From a virus (taxonomy: Duplodnaviria; Heunggongvirae; Uroviricota; Caudoviricetes), in the IMG/VR virus record IMGVR_UViG_3300022697_000186, positions 109,091 to 173,090 of that record: a stretch of DNA of 64,000 nucleotides; one strand, 5' to 3'. A program made the translations under genes and the position numbers. This document shows, piece after piece, positions 54,002 through 62,399 of this stretch (positions are counted from its first letter, which is position 1; every line of letters starts with the position of its first letter). The notes beneath the pieces are model-generated. The model did not search any database. It saw only the letters and a list, made by a program, of their open reading frames with translations, and was not told where the DNA came from.

Positions 54002-54439
54002 TTACCATTCTTCTTCATCTTTTTTTGATTTTAATTCATTCCTAATTGATATAGATGAATATGTAAAATGTTCACTGGGACATTTTAGATCTCTACACCC
54101 TCCTGAAAGTTTAGGTTTTTTTAATTTCTTACGTTTACCAGAATCTTCTGAAATATTTTCAACTATACCTTCCATTAAAACTTCTCTTTCAATATCTTCA
54201 GTTTCTTCGTATGATATAGGAATTATTTTTTTAGATTTGATACGGTCTTCTGATATCATTTTAGATTGTATTCCTTGTTTTAATTTCTTTCTAGCATCTT
54301 CTTCATTATTCTCCATACCAACATAATCCCAATAAAAAGGAATCCAACTTTTTCTTTCAATTTTATATTTATAAGGTTGTGTAGGATCGTATTTAATTCT
54401 ATACTTATCTTTTATTCCAAACATTTTTAATATATTCAT
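54002..54439 (-). CDS. Hypothetical protein, tandem paralog of 54448-54741
   Basis: Shared MNIL...YRI.YDP....KY.I.RKSWIPFYW. Confidence 0.7.
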   Translation of the reverse strand: MNILKMFGIKDKYRIKYDPTQPYKYKIERKSWIPFYWDYVGMENNEEDARKKLKQGIQSKMISEDRIKSKKIIPISYEETEDIEREVLMEGIVENISEDSGKRKKLKKPKLSGGCRDLKCPSEHFTYSSISIRNELKSKKDEEEW

Positions 54440-54447
54440 TATTATCC

Positions 54448-54741
54448 TTATTCATCTTTAATATTTTCAGCTATATCTTCCATTAAAACTTCTTTTTCTA
54501 ATTTATTCATTGATATAGGGATTACAGTTCTAGATTTAATTTTATATTCATGAATTATTTTACTTCTAATCTTTTTCTTAATATTTTCTGTTGCTTTTAA
54601 TTTTGTATCTTCAGCATCAGAATAAACCCAATAAAAAGGAATCCAACTTTTCCTCTGTATTCTATATTTAATAGCATATATAGGATCATATATTATTCTA
54701 TATTTAAAACTAAAATTTCTTATCTTATTTAGTATATTCAT
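54448..54741 (-). CDS. Hypothetical protein, tandem paralog of 54002-54439
   Basis: Shared RKSWIPFYW and EKEVLMEDI/EREVLMEGI. Confidence 0.7.
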   Translation of the reverse strand: MNILNKIRNFSFKYRIIYDPIYAIKYRIQRKSWIPFYWVYSDAEDTKLKATENIKKKIRSKIIHEYKIKSRTVIPISMNKLEKEVLMEDIAENIKDE

Positions 54742-55028
54742 CTATTTAAAACCTTTAGCATTTTATCTAAGTTACTATTTAAAATTTTAGATCCAATTGT
54801 AAATAGTGGGAAAGACTTATTATCTTTCGTAGTGTGAGTTGTAGATGAACTATCAGTACCAAGATACATTAAATAACTCACATATCTACTCATTGGTTCA
54901 ACAGGTATATTATCTAATTTTGTATATACCTTCCCCTCACCAATAACTTTTCCGTAAAATTTTTTATTAACATATATTTTCTCAAACCAATAATTTGAAT
55001 CTATATCATCTCTAACTAATAGTTTCAT
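54738..55028 (-). CDS. Hypothetical protein (96 aa)
   Basis: Coupled ORF within the operon. Confidence 0.55.
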   Translation of the reverse strand: MKLLVRDDIDSNYWFEKIYVNKKFYGKVIGEGKVYTKLDNIPVEPMSRYVSYLMYLGTDSSSTTHTTKDNKSFPLFTIGSKILNSNLDKMLKVLNR

Positions 55029-55032
55029 AACA

Positions 55033-55692
55033 TCAACCTACATTACAACCAAGTTTTTCTTTTACAGGACAATATTTACAATATTCATTTTCAGTCGCAA
55101 TCCAATTATTATTATCAGCTGCATCTTTAATTTTATTAGCTCTAGATACAAAATGATTTTTTAAATTTTCTACATCTTCTCTATTAATAGTTATTGTATC
55201 CATACGCATATCCTTTAACCAGATAAAACAACTCTTAATTGTATTAATTTGTTTATTTAAAAAGAATGTCATAATAGATTGTAATTGTAATTGTCCTACA
55301 TTACTATCCCATTTACCAGTTTTGTAATCTCCAATCCATGCTTTATCATCAATAATTCTCATCACATCCATAATGCCTCTTACATAAACATTACTAGCCA
55401 TCCAACCACATGAATTGAAATCTTTATCAAACGCTAAACGTTTTTCAGTATGAAGTTCGCCTGGACCATTTTCAATATTAATAGCCATTTCTTCTAAATG
55501 TTTTAAATTATTTGGTAGCGGTGTTTTTTTCTTTAATCTTGAATCTAATGCATTATGCACTCTACTACCTTCAATTGCCCATTTATTTGGTTTATCTTTA
55601 ACATCTTTTATAATATTAAGATGATAATATTTTCTTGGACAACTTTCAAATGTTGTTAGTCTACTGTAGCTCCAGGCGTACTCTTTTTTCAT
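55033..55692 (-). CDS. PD-(D/E)xK (RecB/Cas4-like) exonuclease
   Basis: SYSRL..F..CPRKY, G..VH, RGIMD, DYKTG, QL.L and CKYCP motifs. Confidence 0.88.
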   Translation of the reverse strand: MKKEYAWSYSRLTTFESCPRKYYHLNIIKDVKDKPNKWAIEGSRVHNALDSRLKKKTPLPNNLKHLEEMAINIENGPGELHTEKRLAFDKDFNSCGWMASNVYVRGIMDVMRIIDDKAWIGDYKTGKWDSNVGQLQLQSIMTFFLNKQINTIKSCFIWLKDMRMDTITINREDVENLKNHFVSRANKIKDAADNNNWIATENEYCKYCPVKEKLGCNVG

Positions 55693-55693
55693 A

Positions 55694-56476
55694 TCAATCT
55701 ACTGGTTCTTCGTCTTCTATATCTGCATGTAACCACATAGTTACACCAATTTCATCAACATTAGAAGTCATTTTTAATACGATTCTATCTTTACCATTTA
55801 CAGGTTTACCTTTATAACAGTCAATTTCTATATTTTCAAATCCTAATATAAAAGGATTAATAGGTAATACACATACACCAGTAATATTTTCAGATAAATC
55901 AGTTATTGTCATTATCTTACCAACAGTTGATTGTAGTTTGTCAGCTGCTTTAACTTTAAAAATAGCTTCTCCATCTTTAAATTCAACTAAAAGTTTTGTA
56001 GCTTCTAGTCCTTTTTGTATTGCTGATAAACGTTCTATTATCATTTTTAACATAGTATAACTAAAAATGTGACCATCATTATCTAAAGCTAATTTATTTT
56101 GTAGATCATCTTCAGAAATAAAAGGACTTGCTAAATATTTTTCTAAAGGATGTTGAAATTCAATCTTCGAATATGTATCTTGAAATATAGATGTTGTTGG
56201 TGTTAAAATTAAGTCAACATCAACTGTCTGTTTTTTAAATGGTTCTAATAATTCAGATTTAGCTTTTATACCACTTAACATTAATGATTCTTCATTAACT
56301 AAAGATGTTAAATCTATACTGAATATAGATGAACGTCTATCACTTAATTGTGATATTTTACCTTCTCTTATAATAACATCTTGACATACTTTTGATATCA
56401 TTGATATTATTGTTGCTAATGTCCCAAATTGACTGGCGTTTAAACTAATCTTTGTATTCATTATTGTATCCGTCAT
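55694..56476 (-). CDS. Sliding clamp (T4 gp45-like)
   Basis: Size, alternating alpha/beta pattern and replication-module context. Confidence 0.55.
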   Translation of the reverse strand: MTDTIMNTKISLNASQFGTLATIISMISKVCQDVIIREGKISQLSDRRSSIFSIDLTSLVNEESLMLSGIKAKSELLEPFKKQTVDVDLILTPTTSIFQDTYSKIEFQHPLEKYLASPFISEDDLQNKLALDNDGHIFSYTMLKMIIERLSAIQKGLEATKLLVEFKDGEAIFKVKAADKLQSTVGKIMTITDLSENITGVCVLPINPFILGFENIEIDCYKGKPVNGKDRIVLKMTSNVDEIGVTMWLHADIEDEEPVD

Positions 56477-56504
56477 TCTTTCTCCTTATTTATTTTTATA
56501 AACA

Positions 56505-56981
56505 TTAATTTTTAATATTTTTTATTATAGTCATTGTTGTAAGTTGAGCTCTCGCAGATTCTTCATTATCACCTGTTATCATAATTTTATTAGAACAATG
56601 AGTAGTTTCATAAGAAGTTTCTAATTCTTCAATTAATGCATCTAAAGATTTCCATGCGTCCAATTCAGATGTATAAATACAATTTGAATTACTAAGTTCT
56701 TTAAAATATGGTAATTTAGTTAAATTTTCTAAATACAACCATCTCGGTAAATCTATCCATATTAATTTATAATATATTCTCTGTATTCTAAAATATTTAT
56801 TACTTTTAATTATGCGCCATTTATTTTTAACTTTAAAATGATATTGTTTAACATATACAAAATTTTTAGAAAGACCTTTTTTCTCAATTACATATGCTTT
56901 TATTTCTTCATCTATCAAATAACATATTGTAATTAAACCTATAATACTAAAAAATATTACAATACTATTTATAATAATCAC
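56505..56981 (-). CDS. Hypothetical protein with an N-terminal TM helix
   Basis: Hydrophobic N-terminus; FRIQR..YK..W segment reminiscent of the 54002/54448 family. Confidence 0.55.
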   Translation of the reverse strand: MIIINSIVIFFSIIGLITICYLIDEEIKAYVIEKKGLSKNFVYVKQYHFKVKNKWRIIKSNKYFRIQRIYYKLIWIDLPRWLYLENLTKLPYFKELSNSNCIYTSELDAWKSLDALIEELETSYETTHCSNKIMITGDNEESARAQLTTMTIIKNIKN

Positions 56982-56984
56982 TAT

Positions 56985-58406
56985 TTACTCCAAATTGATA
57001 ATTTTTATTTTCCATCCCATTTTTTCATATAACATTTTTCGTTTTTCTGCACTTTTCATAAACCAACCAGTTTTCTTCTTTTCACCTTTTTCATCAGGAT
57101 ATATTGACCAAATCATAGGCCCTTCAGTATCAACTAAATCTAAAACAATAGGACTTTGCTTACCTTTTAATTCTCTTTGAATACGTCCTATTGCTTGCTC
57201 TATATTATTTGTAGTAGTAGTCATAACTAAGGCATCTAAATCTTTTCTATTATTTCCATCTCTACAAGCCATATAAGTTGAAAAAACTATTTTCTTTTCT
57301 TTAAATGCTTTATCTAAACAATCAGTATCCGATACGGATAACCTTTGTTCTTTTGTTGATGATGGTAAAAATGCTCCAACATCTGTTTTAGGTACACCTA
57401 CTTTAGAAGATAATTTAATTAATGAATCTATTCTAGTACCTAGTACTAAAGAAATACGATTATCATCATATAGTTTTTTAATTAACTGAGATACAGTTTT
57501 TATATAATCTTCAGATTTAACCATTTGTTTATAATATCTAGATGTTATAAAACTACCACCCCAACTTAAATACCTCCTGTATCTAGAATAAATTTTAAAT
57601 GGAAAATAAATCATAAAGATTTTAGGATTTAATAATTCATTCTTTTCAGGTTGAAAATATTTAATATCACCTACATGATATTTTATTATATCTTCATTAC
57701 CATCTGTACGATAAGGTGTTGCAGATAATCCAATAGTACGTTTACAGTTTAATAATAACGATACTTGTGAAAATTTATCAGGACCAATCGTTGCATGCGC
57801 TTCATCTAAATATACTTGACCAACACCTGAATTTTGTAATGTATATATAAAATCTTGAGATTTCTTTTTAGATCTAATACCTGCAAGTAGTGCTTGTACA
57901 GTAGCAAGTATTATTGGCTTTTTAAAATCCTCTTCAAACGTTTGAGTTGACAATCTACTAATGTCATCTTCGGTTGCAGATGTATGTGTAATAAATTCTT
58001 CACGCCACTGTTTTAATAGTTTATCCTTATGAACAATTACTAATGCTTTTCTACCTACTTTACAAATAGTATCTATTGCTACAACAGTTTTACCACTCCC
58101 TGGTTCCAGCTTCAAAGTACCACAGTCATTATTAATTAAAAAATCAATAGCCTTTTTCTGTCTATTATTTTTAGGTTTAATATTAGATTTAATATCTATC
58201 CATGTACCTTCAACTGATTCATCCTTAATTTCTTCATTAACAGGGTAGAACCTCGGTATTAATATCGAATCACCTAAATCATTGTAGAAACTAACTTTAG
58301 TAGTCTCTTGATTCCAACCAACAATATATCGGTCTAAATCCGACTTAATTTTATTGTAATCTGAATGTGATTTAGGTAATATAATACCAGAAGTTCTTTT
58401 TAACAT
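56985..58406 (-). CDS. Superfamily 2 helicase (UvsW-like)
   Basis: Walker A PGSGKT, QW, DEAH, GLSATP.R.DG and EQAIGRIQR motifs. Confidence 0.92.
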   Translation of the reverse strand: MLKRTSGIILPKSHSDYNKIKSDLDRYIVGWNQETTKVSFYNDLGDSILIPRFYPVNEEIKDESVEGTWIDIKSNIKPKNNRQKKAIDFLINNDCGTLKLEPGSGKTVVAIDTICKVGRKALVIVHKDKLLKQWREEFITHTSATEDDISRLSTQTFEEDFKKPIILATVQALLAGIRSKKKSQDFIYTLQNSGVGQVYLDEAHATIGPDKFSQVSLLLNCKRTIGLSATPYRTDGNEDIIKYHVGDIKYFQPEKNELLNPKIFMIYFPFKIYSRYRRYLSWGGSFITSRYYKQMVKSEDYIKTVSQLIKKLYDDNRISLVLGTRIDSLIKLSSKVGVPKTDVGAFLPSSTKEQRLSVSDTDCLDKAFKEKKIVFSTYMACRDGNNRKDLDALVMTTTTNNIEQAIGRIQRELKGKQSPIVLDLVDTEGPMIWSIYPDEKGEKKKTGWFMKSAEKRKMLYEKMGWKIKIINLE

Positions 58407-58411
58407 ATTAT

Positions 58412-58612
58412 TTAAACATTACTCTTATCTATAAATGCCGAAAGTATTCCAAATAATGTTGCTCCTGCTAAACCACCTATAATCATTTTAAAATAATCAA
58501 TGTACGTAAAATAGGAAACTATTGATACATATATTTTAAAACCTATAGTACTTGCAGCAAATATACAGATAATTATAGATAATCCTGTTAGTATTTTAAA
58601 TAAAACACTCAT
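58412..58612 (-). CDS. Small membrane protein
   Basis: Two hydrophobic helices. Confidence 0.55.
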   Translation of the reverse strand: MSVLFKILTGLSIIICIFAASTIGFKIYVSIVSYFTYIDYFKMIIGGLAGATLFGILSAFIDKSNV

Positions 58613-59937
58613 AATAAACTCCCATATTCATTAACACAAAAAGATTTCACATCTTTTAAATTATTTGTATATTCTTTAATTATTTTTTCAGTTTCTTTAA
58701 TGTCTAAACTTACACTCATAAGTTTTCTTATCTGATATTTTGAAACAATTTCTTTAATTATATCTATATTTATTTTAGTTAATTTAGATAATTCTAAACA
58801 CATTTTCTCTGGTGTATCTTTAATTTGTAAAACCTTGGATAAATGTGGTCTAATATTTTTGATAACATCATATTCCTTAATTTTATTTTTTAAATCACTT
58901 ATCTGATGTTTAAAATATACAGAAACAGTTTCTGTATAAAAATTAAAAGAATTTAATAACATTTGATCTACTGAATTTTCTTCTGTAATACCATTAGAAT
59001 TAACGGTTATAATACCGTATGTCAAACTATCTTCTAACGAAGTTTTAATTGCATCTAACATTTTATTATATATTTCTTCTTTGTTTCTTTGTTTCTGTAC
59101 TTCAAATCTAATTCTAGTACCATTTGATTTTGTAGATTGATCTATAAACCCTACATCACTATTACTAAGAATTTTATTTTTATCATGTCTATCTATTTTA
59201 TCTAACAATGTTTGAAACTTTGTTCTAGGACTCCAACCATTAATATAGATTCTCCAATTCTTTTTATCTTCAGTATATTTCCCTTGTATTTGTATTCTAC
59301 CATTACCTTTTTGTAATAACTGTTTTAGTTCTTTCTTTTTAGATGTAACTTTACAATTAATAATATTTGGTGCTGGTACATATTCTTTTTCCAATTCAAG
59401 TAAAAACATTAATCGTTTAATTAAATCAGTATACTTATAACATGGTATTTCAGTTTTATATCCAAATGCGATAGATGTCATTTCATATTTACCCATTAAA
59501 CAAAAAGGTATCATTGTAGGTAGTGTTAAAGGTTCAGGGTCAGCTTCAATTTCTTTCCACTCAACATGTTTAACATATTTAAAAGCTAATTCTTCTATTC
59601 TATTGTTAGCCTTTATTTTTGTATATCTAGGTGCAGCACAACCAATTGGTTCAGTTCCTATTTTAGAACCCCATGAGCCTCCACCATCTAAAAATTCATT
59701 TTGTACTGCCCATGATGCTGTACCTAAAGCTTCAGAGAATGGATGCCATCGTGCCATACACTCACCAAGAATCTTAGTTGTTTTAACATAAGACCCTTTA
59801 GCTATTGTATGAGCAGTAAGTAATATTCTTTTTTGTACAGGTAATAAACCATCAATACAATTAGGAAGCATTTTATTTTGATTTACATATCTGCCATAAT
59901 TACCGTATAACTGTGGTACTAATTTTTCCAAATACAT
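58609..59937 (-). CDS. Type IIA topoisomerase subunit A (T4 gp52/GyrA-ParC N-terminal-like, no CTD); probable start TTG 59931
   Basis: DGLLPVQKRIL, WHP, G.WGS, and catalytic AAPRYT motifs. Confidence 0.9.
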   Translation of the reverse strand: MYLEKLVPQLYGNYGRYVNQNKMLPNCIDGLLPVQKRILLTAHTIAKGSYVKTTKILGECMARWHPFSEALGTASWAVQNEFLDGGGSWGSKIGTEPIGCAAPRYTKIKANNRIEELAFKYVKHVEWKEIEADPEPLTLPTMIPFCLMGKYEMTSIAFGYKTEIPCYKYTDLIKRLMFLLELEKEYVPAPNIINCKVTSKKKELKQLLQKGNGRIQIQGKYTEDKKNWRIYINGWSPRTKFQTLLDKIDRHDKNKILSNSDVGFIDQSTKSNGTRIRFEVQKQRNKEEIYNKMLDAIKTSLEDSLTYGIITVNSNGITEENSVDQMLLNSFNFYTETVSVYFKHQISDLKNKIKEYDVIKNIRPHLSKVLQIKDTPEKMCLELSKLTKINIDIIKEIVSKYQIRKLMSVSLDIKETEKIIKEYTNNLKDVKSFCVNEYGSLL

Positions 59938-61675
59938 CTCCTTTGTTTAATTTGTAAATATAACTATAATTACCACAGTCCCAAATTCTATCGAATCCGT
60001 TTAGCTGCATATTTTGCCATTCAGTTAAAGTGGAATCAAATGATTCTAATAAGTTTTTTAATTTATGTTTTTGATAACCTATTCTGTTTTCTCTCTGATT
60101 ATTGTTAATATAGTAATAACTAGGATTTGTTAATTCTTTATATACAAAACCTGAATTAAGATACCCTTTACCTTCACCATATCTTGCATCAGCATATGTG
60201 ATAATAGAACTATTTGGGTTTAACTTTTTAAAGTAACTAAGAATTTTTGAAAGTCCACCAGTAATGGAATAATTTAATTTATTACAGAATCTGAGTATTT
60301 CATAATCATACTTCTTATTAAATCTAGATTTACCCATCGTAATCAGAGATATTAATTTCTCTTCGTAATATAAACCAATATGAATTCCGTTTATAGGTCC
60401 TTGTAAATGATTATCAAAAAGAAACTGTTTAGCTTCTTTGTTCTCAACCTTTTGTATTTGACATTTTCTAGCAAATATCTTATTAGGTGATTTACCCATT
60501 TTATTTAAAAGAATTGATTTCACTATATCTTTCTTGTTTAACCATTCATCCTCAAATATCTGTATTAAATGAATACCTTTAGATTTTGCAAGTAAAGTTT
60601 TGTCTTGGTGGTATTTAGGTTCTTTATTACCACCTATTTCACTGTGCCAATATAATCCGTTGTACTCAATTCCTAATTTTAACTCTTCAATATAGATGTC
60701 AATTTCTTTACCTTCTAAAATTTCTCTATCTGATTTAGATTCTGGGTAGTATTTCTGTATAAAAGATAGGACTTCTTGTTCCTCAATTGAGGTACCAGTT
60801 AGAGGAGGATAACAAATTGGACATCTGGGAATATCACCATGATTAATACCAGAATCAAATTCAGTTTCACATTTGTTACATTTCCAAAGATATTTTATTT
60901 CACCTACTTCATATTTATAAGTTCCTATATAATCTTCTAATTTAAATAAAGGTGTAACTAAATCTTTTAATCTGCTTGAATTTAATAAATTATCAAACCA
61001 TTTTTTTCTTTTCGATTTAATATTTTTTTCTTTAAATTTTTCTACTTGTGATGTATGTTCTACTCCATATCTTTTCAGACAAGTTTGTTTATATTTTTCT
61101 CGTATTTCTTTATTTTGAAAAACGTTTTCAACTCCATATCTATCTAAATTAGTTTTCTTTATTTTATCTTGAAATTTCTTTGTTTTGGAAGGATGTTCTG
61201 AACCATATTTTTCTAAACAGGTTTGTTTAGACTTCTCTTTAAATTCTTTAGTTTTAAAATAACTATTTATACCATATCTATCTAAACATGTCTTTATCTT
61301 TTTTTGTTTAATTTCATTTGAGTATGATACGTTATCTACACCATAATTCTCTAATAAAGTTTTCTTTATCTTTTCTTTTATGTCTTTATTTTGAAAAGTA
61401 TTCTCTGCCCCGTATCTATCTAAACAAGTTTTTTTATATTTACTTCTAGTTTCTTTATCATTTGCACTACACTTTGTAGAACAAAACTTACCATACCCTT
61501 TACTTAATGATATGAAAGTTGTTTCTTTTCCACATGTACAATACTTAATTTTTCCTAAGAATTTATTAAAATATTCTTTTCTATTTGGATGATATTTATT
61601 CTGGACGATATGACTAGTTAAACTTAATAAATTTTTAAATTGTCTATTACATATCATACATTTATACAAATACAT
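59900..61675 (-). CDS. Free-standing nuclease, copy 3 (six 23-aa repeats); probable start TTG 61669
   Basis: Same architecture as copy 2; its 3' end overlaps the topoisomerase start. Confidence 0.8.
   Translation of the reverse strand: MYLYKCMICNRQFKNLLSLTSHIVQNKYHPNRKEYFNKFLGKIKYCTCGKETTFISLSKGYGKFCSTKCSANDKETRSKYKKTCLDRYGAENTFQNKDIKEKIKKTLLENYGVDNVSYSNEIKQKKIKTCLDRYGINSYFKTKEFKEKSKQTCLEKYGSEHPSKTKKFQDKIKKTNLDRYGVENVFQNKEIREKYKQTCLKRYGVEHTSQVEKFKEKNIKSKRKKWFDNLLNSSRLKDLVTPLFKLEDYIGTYKYEVGEIKYLWKCNKCETEFDSGINHGDIPRCPICYPPLTGTSIEEQEVLSFIQKYYPESKSDREILEGKEIDIYIEELKLGIEYNGLYWHSEIGGNKEPKYHQDKTLLAKSKGIHLIQIFEDEWLNKKDIVKSILLNKMGKSPNKIFARKCQIQKVENKEAKQFLFDNHLQGPINGIHIGLYYEEKLISLITMGKSRFNKKYDYEILRFCNKLNYSITGGLSKILSYFKKLNPNSSIITYADARYGEGKGYLNSGFVYKELTNPSYYYINNNQRENRIGYQKHKLKNLLESFDSTLTEWQNMQLNGFDRIWDCGNYSYIYKLNKGDVFGKISTTVIR
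59929..59944 (-). repeat. 16-bp direct repeat, copy A (RBS and start of the topoisomerase gene)
   Basis: The + strand reads CAAATACATCTCCTTT, identical to 61667-61682. Confidence 0.9.
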
Positions 61676-61682
61676 CTCCTTT
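61667..61682 (-). repeat. 16-bp direct repeat, copy B (RBS and start of nuclease copy 3)
   Basis: The + strand reads CAAATACATCTCCTTT, identical to 59929-59944. Confidence 0.9.
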
Positions 61683-61713
61683 ATTTATATCTAACTGAAA
61701 AAGTTATCCTTGA

Positions 61714-62073
61714 TCATAGGAAAGATAAAAAGCATCCTCGTCTTTTTCTAGGTTTATATTTTCTTCTAGGTTTATATTTTTTAGGTTCTCTAGGATACTC
61801 AATATGTTCATCTAATTCCGGAAACATATGATTAAATAATTTTTTATTATTAATACTGTTTTTTCCAAATTCTCTACCAAAATTTCCATTTCGTAATCTT
61901 CTATCATATTTATGTAATAATTCAGAATAATTATAATAATTTATATTACCATAATATTTAGTAGTTGTTTCAAATCTATCTTTATGTTCTATATTCCATT
62001 TAATGTCAATATTAACAGGTACCATTCTTGGACTATCAGATGTAGATATAAGTTCTGTTATATTTAGATTCAT
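61714..62073 (-). CDS. Hypothetical protein with a basic repetitive tail
   Basis: An 18-nt tandem repeat (61746-61780) encodes KKYKPRRKYKPR; weak paralog of 62073-62399. Confidence 0.6.
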   Translation of the reverse strand: MNLNITELISTSDSPRMVPVNIDIKWNIEHKDRFETTTKYYGNINYYNYSELLHKYDRRLRNGNFGREFGKNSINNKKLFNHMFPELDEHIEYPREPKKYKPRRKYKPRKRRGCFLSFL

Positions 62074-62399
62074 TATTTATATCTCCTTTTTCTTGACATT
62101 GTTCTCTCTCTTATTGGAATTATATCATGACCTAATTCATCAAATAATTTATTAAATCTTTTTTTATTAATCTTAATATATTCTCCGTATTTTTGACTAA
62201 AATCAGACAGTAATGTACCATAACATGATTTAGCCATCTCATGAAATTTATCATCAACATTCCATCTATACTTTCCTTGGTCAGCATTAACTAAATCACT
62301 TGAAAACTTAATCTGATAATTTATTTTAAATTTTATATTATCCCATTTAATATCTAAACAGTAATCATATTCATTGACTAATAACCTCATAATCTCCAT
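62073..62399 (-). CDS. Hypothetical protein, weak paralog of 61714-62073
   Basis: LDIKW...INKKRFNKLFDEL versus IDIKW...INNKKLFNHMFPEL. Confidence 0.6.
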   Translation of the reverse strand: MEIMRLLVNEYDYCLDIKWDNIKFKINYQIKFSSDLVNADQGKYRWNVDDKFHEMAKSCYGTLLSDFSQKYGEYIKINKKRFNKLFDELGHDIIPIRERTMSRKRRYK

